Shown: positions 37,237 through 50,199 of the stretch, one piece after another
Numbering within the stretch: the first letter of the stretch is position 1
Layout of the letters: every line of letters starts with the position of its first letter
NCBI RefSeq assembly: GCF_018350175.1
Contig: NC_058368.1
Span: 20,524,001-20,588,000, forward strand
Length of the DNA stretch: 64,000 nt
Direction of reading: 5' to 3'
DNA from: Felis catus
Taxonomy: Eukaryota
Notes under the pieces: model-generated
What the model saw: only the letters and a program-made list of their open reading frames with translations
Database searches by the model: none
Told to the model about the DNA's origin: nothing
Translations under genes and position numbers: made by a program

Positions 37237-37384
37237 CTGAAAGAAACAGAATGGAGAGTGAAAGAAAAAAAAAATTAGTAACAATTATGATAGTTTTACA
37301 ACCAAATTGACCAGAGTTAAAATTCTGGCTCTAGCTGGCCTTAGAGACTCATTTAAGCTCACAGCCTCAGTTTTGTCATTTGTT

Positions 37385-37619
37385 CTTTTTTTATTTAAAA
37401 AACAAAAATTTTTTTTCTTAACGTTTATTTATTTTTGAGACAGAGAGAGACAGAGCACGAGCGGGGAAGGGTCAGAGAGAGAGACACGCAGAATCCGAAG
37501 CAGGCTCCAGGCTCCGAGCTGTCAGCACAGAGCCCGGCACAGGGCTCCAACTCACGGACCGCGAGATCATGACCTAAGCCGAAGTCGGACACTCAACCGA
37601 CTGAGCCCCCAGGCGCCCC
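37385..37619 (-). mobile_element. SINEC_Fc
   Basis: Antisense full-length SINE. Confidence 0.95.
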
Positions 37620-37727
37620 TGTTTTTATATATTTTAATAGTCGCTATGGTCTGTGGTATGTGAATGCTGTGACTTCAAGGTAGAAAAATTAGGCATAACA
37701 AGGAGGGGCCGATCTTTTTCATCATCT

Positions 37728-37939
37728 TTTTCTTTTTATTATTTTTTAAATGTTTATTTTACTTTTGAAAGAGAGACAGAGATAGAGCACAAGTGGGGAG
37801 GGACAGAGAGAGAGAGAGAGGGAGACACAGAATCCAAAGCAGGCTCCAGGCTCCAAACTGTCTGCACACGGCCCGACGCGGGGCTCGAACTCATGGACCG
37901 CGAGATCGTGACCTGAGCCGAAGTCGGACGCCCAACTGA
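37728..37939 (-). mobile_element. SINEC_Fc, 5'-truncated
   Basis: SINE similarity stops at cccaactga; the ggggcgcctgggtggc head is missing. Confidence 0.9.
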
Positions 37940-38396
37940 ATTCAGAGACAGAAGTCTACTAGCTATGACGGGTGACGCTGGATAAGTCATCTCCTTCTCT
38001 GATACCATGGGTCTTCACTTTTAAAATGAGGTCTAATGTCTAACATCCCTTCTCCTACTTAAAAAAAAAAAAATCTGGGGTCCATCCATCCATTTGACTC
38101 AATCCCTTCTCTTTTGTTAAAGCCAGTCAAAACCAGTGATAGCTGGTAAACTCAGTAAACTCAGCTCAGCAGAGCTGTCCACCATTTCCTGAATGCCTGG
38201 AGCCTACTAACATCTACATGTGTAAGGTGTTTTAAGGTAGATTTCTGCAAATCAAGGACTGCCTGAGTTACCTTCAATCACAAACAGATCTCTGGTCCTA
38301 GTTTTAATTTTTTTAATGATGAAATTCTGATGCTTTGGAGTGGTATGCCTGTCTAGAACAGGGGAACACTGAATTGGAGTTTAAACTCAGAATAAG

Positions 38397-38587
38397 TTTT
38401 TTTCTTTTTTAACGTTTATTTATTTATTTTGAGAGAGAGTGAGTGCAGGGGAGGGGCAAAACCAGGCAGGTTTTGCGTTGTCAGCACGGAGCCTGACGCG
38501 GGGCTCCGTCTCATGAACCGTGAGATCATGACCTGAGCTGAAATCAAGAACGGGACGCTTAACCGACTGAGCCACCCGGGCACCCCC
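38397..38587 (-). mobile_element. Can-SINE
   Basis: TSD cagaataa. Confidence 0.93.
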
Positions 38588-38839
38588 AGAATAATTTCTG
38601 TCCCACAGTTGAGAATGTTAATTGTATTATACGGCTGTCTTTATTCAACTATACATACAAAAATAAGGGGACACTACACTGGAAAAAGCAAAAGAATGTA
38701 CCTTAAGAATCTAAAAGAAAAAAATTGCCAAGGGCATCAGTTTCCATCGAAGATCAAAATATTAAGATCCATGTAGGACATACACTTCTGGAGACCAAGA
38801 AGCAAACAGAAGCAGCCCGTTGGAAGCCTAGGGACACAC

Positions 38840-39060
38840 AGCAGTATGACAGAAAGGGGAAGCGTGTGGGCCCCAGAGTCAGGCAGGCTCGGCTTCACCA
38901 CTTGCTGGCTGTGTGGCTTTGGGTGCAGCCTCCAGACTCTCATTGTAAAGTGAGACTTAAGGGGAGTGTTAGCTGGGATACTGTGTGTATACTGGCAAAT
39001 GAGCCAAGGGCTTGGCACACAACATGATCTCAACGAATGACGGCCAGAGTTGTTAGGGTG
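38840..39060 (+). mobile_element. MIR
   Basis: ccagagtcaggcaggctcggcttcaccacttgctggctgtgtggctttggg ... ggcttggcacacaac. Confidence 0.7.
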
Positions 39061-39310
39061 GCTATTACTGTTTTTGCAAAATACGTACTTGCCCAAGGAA
39101 TTATTTAAGCATCGATTAGTGACAGCAGCGATCTACGGTAGAAATACCACTTGGTTCTGAAACGAAGTGCACACGGCCACAAGATCTATGAGAACACACG
39201 GACACGGATGCGAAGCTTCTGGGACATGAAGATTTTAAAATCATAAGGCAGGCATTTGTAAATCAGCAACTTACTCCAGGCAAAAGTAATTTCTGATAAA
39301 GTGATTTACC

Positions 39311-39540
39311 GGGGTGCCTGGGTGGCTCAGTTGGTTGAGTGTCAGACTCTTGATTTTGGTTCAGATCATGATCTCATAATTCTTGAGATCGAGCCCTGCA
39401 TCAGGCTCCATGCTGAGTGTGGAGCCTGCTTAAGATTCTTGCTCTCTCTCCTTCTGCCCCCTCCCCCACTCATGCTCATTTTCTCTCTCTCTCTCTCTCT
39501 CTCAAATTAAAAATAAATAAATAAATACATAATATTAAAA
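39311..39540 (+). mobile_element. Can-SINE adjacent to the exon 7 donor
   Basis: Full SINE; degenerate TSD aaagtgatttacc / aaactgatttcc. Confidence 0.95.
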
Positions 39541-39556
39541 AAACTGATTTCCTTAC

Positions 39557-39662
39557 CTTCCTTGTCACTGGAAGCCTGGTCACCAGAGAAAAATGCAGTT
39601 GCCTGTACCCGGGCACTGACATTTACATTATTGGTTTTTAAGGCTGCCACAATCTGATTAAC
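39557..39662 (-). CDS. RNASEH2B: RNase H2 subunit B, exon 7
   Basis: 106 nt, [39 protein letters not shown](E). Residues equivalent to human A177 and V185 are conserved. Confidence 0.97.
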
Positions 39663-39884
39663 CTATAAAGTAACCAAAAGGGAAACATCAGGGTATTGCC
39701 AAGGAACTTTAGAGATCCACAACCTTCCAGATGATCCTCGATCCATTTAAGACCCAGGAAGAAGTAACTGAGGACCTAGAAATGTCTTGACCAGATACCA
39801 GAAGACGAGAGAGAGATGCACATTTGGACAGGAGTTGAGCAACAGCGGCAGCATTTGGGGATGATGTCAAAACATGTATCTCTA

Positions 39885-40085
39885 AATGCCTACGCAGTAT
39901 GAGAGCACTGCCTCCGGAGTCAGGCTACTTGGCTGTGCTCTGTGACCATGGACTACTTACTTAACCTCTCTGTGCCTCTATCTAATGGGGACAAAAATAG
40001 TACCTAATGCACGGTATTGTGGTGAGGCTTAAATGAGTTCATATATGTAAAGCCTTTAGAAAAGAGCCTGGCACAAAGTTTATAT
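39885..40085 (+). mobile_element. MIR
   Basis: tacttaacctctctgtgcctc ... gtgaggcttaaatgagttcatatatgtaaagcctttagaaaagagcctggcaca. Confidence 0.8.
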
Positions 40086-40540
40086 GCAATAATTTTTTTT
40101 CTAAATGGAATAAATCATATTAATATCCCACTTCCTAGGAATTTAAGAAAAGAAACACAATTGATAAATATACATGTGAATTTGCGATTCACGTCATCAT
40201 CACTTGCTAACAACAAAACCTAAATGCCGAGACCCTGCTCAGCACTCACCCTTATTTTTCACCTACTACTAATGCAAATGAAAACTGAACCACAGGGGCA
40301 CTTGTAAAATCTTTCCACTATTTTGTATAGAAGGAGCCTGATTAATTCCGCAAGGTTCACTTCCACGTTTCTGGGTTCCCCGTGTGCCCAGTAACATGGT
40401 ACGACAAGTGTGTTTTCCACATACGAGACAGAAGAGAATCTTCAGAATCAGTACTATACTGAACTTGAAAAACTCTGTCATCAGTAGACCTAGACTGGTG
40501 AGATTCTTAATCAGTATGAAAGTCCACAATATTCTTAGAC

Positions 40541-40772
40541 CAGTGGCTTTCAAAGGAGTTTGTTTCTACTACACCTACAGTAAGCAATACCCAGCAACCC
40601 AGTACTTCAACACATATATATGCTTCATAGAACCATACTTACTACTTGCCCTTACTCTGTGCTACATTTTAATACATCCTATCCTATCCTATCCCATCCC
40701 ATCCCACCCCAATCCCATTCCATTCAAGAGAAATACTGGTTGTGACCCACAGAATCTATTTGAAAACCATTG
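40541..40772. mobile_element. Non-autonomous hAT-Charlie-like element containing (TATCC/CATCC)n
   Basis: Terminal inverted repeats cagtggctttcaaa / tttgaaaaccattg; internal gacccacag motif. Confidence 0.7.
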
Positions 40773-41177
40773 CCCCAGACCTGAGATTAGTTCTGGGATG
40801 TTAGGATCACTAAGTTCCCTCCAGCATCCGGATGCTGAAGGTGGAACACACTTCCCCTAGGCCTGAATCCCGTCTGCCTCAGCCCCCTGCCTCGCTGTGT
40901 GAGCAAAAGCAACCTCTGAGACAGGGACTGAAAGCAGTAAGTGCGTGTCACGCCTGGTATTATCTGGCTTGTAAGACTCAAATATCCATCACCAAATGGT
41001 GGGAACTTCTTTCATTCAGGGGTGAGGATCATGGGAAATGGGGATGCAGGTCAAAGGAAAACATGGAGCTAAACCCAGAGATACATGAGTTAGGGAGGAT
41101 GAAGAGTATTTGGGTATCTCTATACAGTTTCTGTATTTTAGCTGGATAAACAACATGGCCCTTTAGATTCACACTCA

Positions 41178-41354
<177 letters not shown>

Positions 41355-41619
41355 TTAAGCAAAAAAAAATACACTCATAAGGTTATATCGTATACAAGAT
41401 ATGTATGTAACATCCACAATAATTTAAAAATATTTTGTAACAGTTTATATTCTTAAAAAAGTCAATCTCTAAGCCTGAGAACATACTTGAGAAGTTAAAA
41501 AATCATCGCAAGCCAGAACTTGGGTGACTCAGGTTTCATCCAACCATTAAATGAATGGGAATTTAAGAAAATCATCAAATTATACTAATAGTTCTCATCC
41601 CAAAGAGAAATTTCTTTCT

Positions 41620-41772
41620 TGTCTTTTTATTGCACCTATAGGAGACGATAGATGTTAACTAAACATATTGTGGGGATCATTTCATAATATATGTAAGTCA
41701 AGCCATTATGCTGTACATCTTAAACTTATAAGGTGATGTGTGTCAACTATTTCTCAGTAAAACTGGAAAAAA
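41620..41772 (+). mobile_element. L1 3'-end fragment (L1MC/L1MB-like)
   Basis: gatgttaactaaacatattgtggggatcatttcataatatatg ... tgtcaactatttctcagtaaaactggaaaaa. Confidence 0.8.
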
Positions 41773-41899
41773 GGTTACCAACAAATCTGTAGAAAATCTG
41801 CGATTTTTAAAACTCAGCAAATGAACATGCCAAGCAACCTTCATTTGTCGACATAAGTTTAAGCTTACCTCAGTGTTTTCAATGAAAGACTTCTTTTCT

Positions 41900-42403
41900 T
41901 CCTTTTTTAAAAAATTTTTTTAAATGTTTATTTTTTTATTTTTTTTTATTTATTATTATTTAAAAAAATTTTTTTTCAACGTTTTTTATTTATTTTTGGG
42001 ACAGAGAGAGACAGAGCATGAACGGGGGAGGGGCAGAGACAGAGGGAGACACAGAATCGGAAACAGGCTCCAGGCTCCGAGCCATCAGCCCAGAGCCTGA
42101 CGCGGGTCTCGAACTCCCGGACCGCGAGATCGTGACCTGGCTGAAGTCGGACGCTTAACCGACTGCGCCACCCAGGCGCCCCATATTTTTTTAATGTTCA
42201 TTTATCTGTGAGAGACAGAGAGAGACAGAGACAGAGTGTCAGAGGGGGAGGAACAGAGAGAGGGGTAGACACAGAATCTGAAGCAGGCTCCAGGCTCTGA
42301 GCTGTCAGCACAGAGCCCGACGCGGGGCTCGAACTCACAAACCGTGAGATGACGATCTGAGCCAAAGTCAGATGCTTAACCAACTGAGCCACCCAGGCGC
42401 CCC
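41900..42403 (-). mobile_element. SINEC_Fc with a young SINEC_Fc (~41931-42182) nested in its tail
   Basis: Outer TSD gaaagacttcttttct at 41884-41899 and 42404-42419 encloses two SINE bodies. Confidence 0.93.
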
Positions 42404-43584
42404 GAAAGACTTCTTTTCTAAAATAAAAATGGAAATCCCGAGAAAGAAAACAAAAACTAAAAGGAGATGCATATGAAGTGTGTTGCAAACATTCAGGGAA
42501 AAAAAAATCTCGTTAACTACTTAGTACTGTCCTGGTGGGATTAGTGAGAAGGAAGAAAAGATATGCCTATGTTTGAACACATCACCAGTCTAACCATAGC
42601 TATTCAAGGGAATTTAGATTTATGATAGGCTTGACTTGGCCCGTAATGGGGGATAAAAAGTTCCCCTCTTGTAAGTTATACTGCCCCCCCCCCCCCTTAC
42701 AATCCACCCAGCTTTGCATACTGTGACCTGAGCTGTTAGTTCCTTGGTAACACTTCATTCATGGAGTTTCTTGCTTTCTGTGCAGTCAGCAGAGGCGGGG
42801 CTTGCACTCCCAGCCTCCTGCCCAGTGCAGGAGTTATCTTGGGGACCCTTCAATATCCTAAAGCCAGATGCAGACTTGCCCCATGAGATGTTGCTAGCCA
42901 TGCAGAATGACAATTTCTCTTTCTTCCATAATCATCGTGGGAAGTGGAAATGCTTAGGGAGGGATCGTTTCCTGCAGTCTGTTAAATTGCTTGCATTCCT
43001 GGGACGGCTTAGATGGGAGAGGGGCTGGCCTCAGCACCTGTAGTCTTCCTCCCCATTGCAGCCTGCGGTTGTTCACGTTGTGGGCAACAGGAGGCATGAC
43101 GGAACACGGGCTGGGCCTTTGCATCCATCCCCTCGGCGTGTGTCACTGGCGTAATGAAAAGGAGACCGTTGCAAGTGGCACTGTCAGGAGTCCGAGAATT
43201 CCAAGGTGCAAAGTCTGTCATGCTGGAGCCAGGACCACCGGGGGCAACAGTCTGCTGTGGAACCAGGCGAGGCTGGACTCAACTTCCCTGGAGACAGTGT
43301 CCTACCCATGTGCAAGAGTAAGGGGCATTCTGAGAGCATACAGCAATCACTTAATAAATGTATGCTGCTGCATGGGTTAAAACTTCTAAAGAAGCTCTGG
43401 TCACTGCCCAAGACAAATCTCCAGAGAAGCTCAGCGTGCAGGTCTCTCCTAAGAAATCCCATCTTGACTCGGCTGCTCACTTCCCTCTGGCCTCCACCTC
43501 CGCATTTCCTGCAAGAACATTCCACAATCTGCCAGTTTCCTTCCTCTCTCCCACTCCCTGAGCCCCTTGTAGGCCCTTCCTTAA

Positions 43585-43990
43585 CACTCTACCAGAAGAA
43601 GCAGAGACCACAGGCTCTGAGCCATACTGCCTGGGTTCCGATCCACCCAGGGCACAGTGTCACCTATTATGTGACATGATCCACACAAAGCCAATAGCAC
43701 AGCACCTGGCATGTAACAAATACTTAATATTACTTAAAAAAAAGATTAAATGACAGCTTGTTAATGATAACAGCATCAGAAACAAATATACAGTCAAGCC
43801 TTTGTAAGTTCTTTATATACATTTCTCACTGAATGTTCAGAATAGGTCTCAGGTCAAAACCATTGTTTGTCCCTACCTTCCTAGACTGGGTTAGAGTGCA
43901 GTTAACTAGACTGTCCAAAGTCACTGAGCTAGTAAGCAGAGGCACCAGATTCCTACTCCAGATGACTTCAGAGCTGTGGATCTGATACTC
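43585..43990. mobile_element. Two MIR fragments (+ then -)
   Basis: ggctctgagccatactgcctgggttc ... agcacctggcatgtaac; gtccaaagtcactgagctagtaagcagaggcaccagattc. Confidence 0.65.
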
Positions 43991-44416
43991 ATTTTATTGA
44001 GATCAATTAGGTCTTCACCCTTCTCAGTACTTCTGACCTTGTTCTTTGTGGGAAAAACTCCTCCATGGTTCTAGGTTCTACAAAAATTTTCCTCTTGGTT
44101 CTTCTGTCTTTGATGACTTTTCCTCTGATTCTTTCCTGGCTCTGCTTCCCCCTGCTCCAAGGCTAACTATAACTTTCTCTGCAGGGGGGCCGGGGGGGAG
44201 GAGTTCATTTTGTTTCAGACTAAACAAACCCAATCAGGAAGTCCAAAGGCTTGAGCTGAGGCTCTGTATCTAAAGACAGACAGTTCAGCTTCCTCCCAAA
44301 CCATCCTCCTGGTCAACCAGGCTTTGAATCTCAAAGCCATTACTCACTCCTGCCTTGCTTCCCACATTCTATCACTGGATTCCAGCATTACCTTGTGGGA
44401 GCTGTGGGGTAGGATA

Positions 44417-44461
44417 AACAAAACAAAACAAAACAAAACAAAACAAAACAAAACAAAACAC
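44417..44461. repeat. (AAAAC)n pentanucleotide repeat
   Basis: Direct observation. Confidence 0.95.
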
Positions 44462-44514
44462 ACTGTATCAGAAATGAGGAGGCTTAGCTTCTTGTGCTGG
44501 ATCAGTAACTACTT

Positions 44515-46345
44515 TAGTTTTTTAAAAATCACCTTTATTTAGGAATAATGTGCATATGGTTGATACACCCATTTTAAGTGTACAAGTTGAGGAGTTTGGC
44601 CAAATGTATACATATGGTCACGTAACTGTCACCCCAAAATGTTCTCTTGAGCCCTTCTGTAGTCAATGCTTTCACACCTACCCAGACTTCAGGTAACCAC
44701 TGATCTGCCGTCATTAGAGTTTAGTTTTTGCTTGATTCTAGAATTTCATGGAAATGGAATCATACAGGAAGTATATTTTTGTGATCATCTTCTTTTGCTC
44801 CACATAATTTCTGTGAGATTCACCCATTGTGTTGCAGCTAGGAATAGTTCCTTCCTTTGTATTATGGAGTAGTATCCTGTGTATGGATATCCTACATTTT
44901 GTTTACACACTCACCAACCGAAGGGCATTCGATTTTTTCCAGTTTGGGGCTATTTTGGAAAAGTTGCTATAAAAACAAAAAAGCTCCTCTGAACACCCTT
45001 GCACAAGTCTTTTTACATGGAGATATGTTTTTGTAAGGCTTGGGTAAATCTCTAGGATTAGAATTACTGAGTCATAAGAAATTGTTAAGTAGTTATATTA
45101 TTTTATGCTTCCATCAACCAGGTAGGTGAGTTCCAGTTGTTCCTCAATTTATAGTTTTTCTTTTTATTTCACACCACGCTGGTGAATGCTAATGACATTT
45201 CCTTGTGGTTTTAGTTTACATTTCCCTGGTGACTAATGATATTGAACATCTTTTCATGTGCCTATGGGCTATTTATAAATCTTCTTTTGCCAAGTGTCTG
45301 TTCAAACTTTTTGCTGCGTTTTTACTAGGCTGTATATGTATATTAGTACTGCGTTAAGAGTTTATATATTTGAGATACATGTCTTTTATCAGATGTGCTA
45401 TGTAAACATTTTCTTTCAACTATGACTTCTCTTTTCTTTTTTCTTAATGGTAACTTTCAGAAAACAGGAGATATTAATTTTGATGAAATGTAATTTATGG
45501 TTACATTTACAATTTTTTTTTTTTATGGTTAGTGGGTTTGTGTCCTAAGAAATCCTCGCCTATCCCCAAGGTCACAAAGTTTCCTCTTAGAAGTTCAATA
45601 ATTTTGATTTTTGCATTTAAGTTAGTGATCCATATTGAGTTAATTTTTCTGTATGACTGTGAGGTGAGGGTTAACATTGTTTTTTATATGAATATCCAGT
45701 TTTTCTAGATCATTTGTTGAAAAGACTGTCTTTTCTCCCATTATCTTGACACCACTGACAAAAATTCAATTGACTATATAAGTGTGGGTCCACTTCTACG
45801 TTCTCTATTCTGTTCCATTATCTATATATTTACTCTTAAACCAATACCACACTTTGGTTATTATAACTTTAGAGTAAGTCTTGACATCGGATTGTGTAGG
45901 TTCTACAACTTTGTTCTTCTTTTTTCAAAATTGTTCTGGATATTGCAGGTTTTTGCAAATTCATATAAATTCTAGAATCAGCTCATCAATTTCTACTCCC
46001 CGTCAAAAAAAGCCTCATAGGCATTACATTAAATGTATAGATCAATTTGGAGAGAAGGAACATCTTAACGATATTGAGTCTTCAAATTCATGAAGATGGT
46101 ATATCTCTCTATTTAATTCTTTAATTTCTCAGCAATATTTTATAATATCTAGTGTACTGGTCTTACATATACTGTGTTATATTTATTTCTAAAACTGCAT
46201 GATCTTTGATAATATTACGAATGGTATGTTTTTATTCCATTGGATTATTTCTTCTTAAAGTATGGCAGAACTCGCCAAGGAAGCTAGTTGGGCCTGGAGG
46301 AGTTTTTCTAGGAAGGTTTTAATTATAAATTTGTTTCTAATTAAA
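44515..46345 (-). mobile_element. Old L1MB-like 3' portion
   Basis: Antisense L1 3' end (acccattttaagtgtaca, ggtaaccactgatctg, aatggaatcataca, gatattgaacatcttttcatgtgc) running into ORF2 remnants. Confidence 0.85.
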
Positions 46346-47809
46346 CATTCCCAGGACAAGATGGTCACTAAAAAACATCCAGCTCGGATATCCCAGAATG
46401 CTACAAAAGGATCAAGTGCTAAACTACTGCTTAATTTTGAAATTATCAAATTTTGATAAGCAAGGGAGTTCAAAATATCCACGAAGGCTCACAATTATGA
46501 ATTACCCACACTTATGAAAAATACCATAACATGTTTGCTCATGTCTTAAATTTAATATTTGCAAGAGTTGGTGAGTTAGATAATATGCGCACATGCTGGA
46601 AAGGTTTCTTTCCCTAATGTGTCTGGTGCCGATAAAACTGGTCTCAAACATCTGGAAAGATTGGGTTTACAAAATAAAGATGGAATAAAAGTGAGTCCAC
46701 AATTAAATAACATGTTCAGCAATTGGGTAATCGGCTCACAATCTTGAATTTCCCTGATGCATTGTTGAACAAACTGCCTAGAGCACATTCTCACATCTAC
46801 TTTCTCAATGTTTTCCATAACGGAGAAACTCATATGGTCTCTTTTTTTTCCTGCCTCTTGGGGATAGAAACTTGGCAACTGTACTTGGGGTATTTTAATC
46901 AGGTAAGTTTTCCTGGCTCTTCCTGTTAATCACATCGGACAGCCCAGCGCAGCTCTGGCTTGCAATATGAAACAGTGTTACACTCAAGATGAAGTTCATA
47001 AGCCTTTATTAGGCCTTTCCTCTGTCATCCCTCCACTGAATGTGAGCTTCTTTGGCAAAAAATATACTGGGCCCCAGAGCTAGCAAACAGAGACACATCA
47101 TTTCCTTCACTAACAAATAGGCGATGTTAACTAAGGTCACCACCATCATTATTTGGGATGCAAACAACTGTGGCTGGGTTTACTCGGTAGGGACACAGGG
47201 ACGGCAGGGACGACGCAAGCAGGGGGAGGTTCTCATAAACCTAGCAGGCTTAACCAGGTCTTTAATGCCATAGACTTTTGAGACAGCATCTGGAGTCTAA
47301 TATCAAAACATCTGGCTGGGGAATGTGAGTGTTTCAGGTTTTGCTCTGTCTGCACAGCGCCTGGGGAAAGAAGGACATTAAAGATAATCAGCTCTCTTCT
47401 TTATCTTTGCTCCTTCTCATGGATATCACCTGACCACTCCCTAGCAGTCCTCTTTGTTACTTATTTTGAAAATCCTAGCAGTAAAACACAGAACAGAACC
47501 AAACACTAACTTATAAATGGACAGTAAGCCAAATTCAAACAAGCAACCAGTACCCAAGGCAATCACTAAAAAAGAGGGGAATGGGTACCCGAGAACAGAA
47601 GAAAGCTCATTGTTGGGATGAGAAACTTAGACGTCTTTTCCTTAAGTTATTGAAGTTCTCTGTCTTCTTTCCTACCTCTTTTTGCCTTTTAAGACGGGGT
47701 ACACAAGATTTTTTGGATGTTTCTATTTTTATAGAAGACACCAACTGACAATTCTAATGGAGTGTTCTGGAAGTGTTTTGCAGTTGCAAGAAGGAAAGGA
47801 AAGAGTTGC

Positions 47810-48010
47810 TGTCAGACACGGGTTCAAATCCTGATTCTACCACTTCTACCTCTGTGACTCTAGTCCAGTAACTTCAACTCTTTGAGCCTCTGTTCCTCAT
47901 TTGTAAAAATGCAGGTTGTAATAATAGTGAAAGGAAATTACTGTAAGGATACCATAACATATGTAAAGCAGTAGGCACAGAAATGATACATAATAATTTC
48001 TCATTATAGG
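47810..48010 (+). mobile_element. MIR
   Basis: gggttcaaatcctgattctaccact ... tgagcctctgttcctcatttgtaaaaatg. Confidence 0.8.
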
Positions 48011-48239
48011 GTAGATAGATATTTTTATTGTTATCTGATTATCCCCATTCTACTTAAACCATTTGAATATAATTTAGCAATGGACCTTCAAAAACACATG
48101 TGTATCAGTGTATATAGTCCTTAAACATCAGCAAAGAATTTAAAATTTGTAATTTAGCAGCCTTAACAGTATGAACACTTATTGAGCACTTACTATATAT
48201 CTAGTACTCTCTTGGCACTCAGTTACTTGTAGGACATGG

Positions 48240-48320
48240 CACATCTCTTTAAGGTAGATTCCAGACGCTATTAATTCCAGACACATCTCTTTAAGGTAGA
48301 TACCGGACACTATTAATTGC
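48240..48320. repeat. Two-copy tandem duplication, period about 42 bp
   Basis: cacatctctttaaggtagat(t/a)cc(a/g)gac(g/a)ctattaatt occurs twice. Confidence 0.9.
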
Positions 48321-49722
48321 AATATTTAAATAATGTTCGCATTCTGGTCATTCCTGGTCATTCAGTAATCTCAATGCTATAAAGCTAAGAGCAAAAAGCT
48401 TTATTTTGTGATTTAGAACAACTTTGCAAAGTAGTAAATACAATGTATGAGGGATACTCTCAACCCTTCAAACTCTTCATCTTACAAACCAAAGATGATG
48501 AAAAATTTGAATGATTTCTTCAAAACTATATAGTAAATACACTTCTAATTTTTCTTGCAAGCCATCAGATCCTGAGATCAGATTACCAGACTGTTCTTAA
48601 AAAATTCTTTCCTCAAAAATATCTGAAGCAACTGTAATAAAATATTAACATTTGTTGATTATTGGGGTTGGGTACAAATAATATTTGCAGTTTTTTTTTC
48701 TTGAGTTTTTCCTGTATCTTTGATTTTTTTAATTAAAATAATTATTTTACCTGCCCATGTACTTTCATTTTCAAAGCAGATATAGTATCAGCCTATACAT
48801 AAACCAGGTTTCTAAACATTCCAGGCCTCAAATTTTTCTTTCTGTCTCAGTGATGTTAAGGCAAAACATAAAGTAATTCAGATTACATTTCATATACTAA
48901 AAGATGTATGAAATTCTCTAAAAGCCTTGACAGTTTCTTCATAATCAAATTCTGCCCCTAAAGAACTGCATTCTGTAAATCTTAAAATAATGGAAGGCTT
49001 AAAAGCAACACCAAAAATTTTAAGAACAAATACAAAAAAAGGAAATAGTAGGATCTCTTATTTTTCACCCTCAAAAAGGCCTCTTCATCAAAATACACGT
49101 AAGCAATCTCACATTACTTATTTCACCCCTAATCCAGAACACAAATATGTGAAATATTTTCTTTACATCAGTTCTGAATACAAGGACAGCATACTGAGTC
49201 AGACATCTTTTTCCAGGAAGATCCAAACGGAAAGGCATCGTATTTTGAAGTTTATTTAGAGCTGGTCAAACAAGAGAAGTGTAGGGCATGCACTTTCTAT
49301 TGCAGTAGAACTTCCAATGATCAGGTGATGTCGAGGACAGAAAGAGATGACGACAGGAGTTCAGATAATGACTCAGTAAATGGTCACAAGTTCAGCACAC
49401 AAGAAGGAAGGAATGAGAGAGAGAGAAGATCTTGCTTTGAAATGCAGGCTGTAAGCTAACAAATGCCAGTGTGTTAACGTTGCTTCTGAATTTGGGTTTC
49501 TGGGTTTGGGTTTAAGGTAATTGCTCTTTATTCAGCTAATGTAAGAATCTGGGATAATGAATTAATTGCATTTTCAATTTCCGGTAACTTGGCAAAATTA
49601 AAATGACTTGTAATTATTCGTCACTACCTAAGCTTTCAGAAATGGCTATTTGTCATCCACAAAACGATGGACATCTTCTCCGAGCTCAGCATCAGGGAAT
49701 GTCTTTAACGGGCCTGTTTTAA

Positions 49723-49941
49723 AATTTTTTTTTTTCAACGTTTTTTATTTACTTTTGGGACAGAGAGAGACAGAGCATGAACGGGGGAGGGGCAGAGAGA
49801 GAGGGAGACACAGAATTGGAAACAGGCTCCAGGCTCTGAGCCATCAGCCCAGAGCCCGACGCGGGGCTCGAACTCACGGACCGCGAGATCGTGACCTGGC
49901 TGAAGTCGGACGCTTAACCAACTGCGCCACCCAGGCGCCCC
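49723..49941 (-). mobile_element. Young SINEC_Fc
   Basis: Perfect TSD tttaacgggcctgttttaa; CpG-rich. Confidence 0.97.
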
Positions 49942-50199
49942 TTTAACGGGCCTGTTTTAATAAAACCTTGGTGCCACACACCATATCCAAAATGGGAGCT
50001 CTGGGCCTGGCCGAATGTGAATTGAGCAGAACCTAAAATGTGAAATGCAGTCAGTAAGGTTCTCCCCTCTCCCGCAGTAAGCTCACACTTCTTGGAACCA
50101 CTGCTACTTTGGTCTCAGATCCGTCATAGTTGCCAAACCGACCGTGACCCCGAACAACCACAGCTCATCAGCCTGTTGTTTTGGTTCCCACGCTATATT

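Noticed and set aside
49490..49518. tttggg repeats resembling telomeric or G4 sequence
   Set aside because: Only three GGG runs and not TTAGGG.
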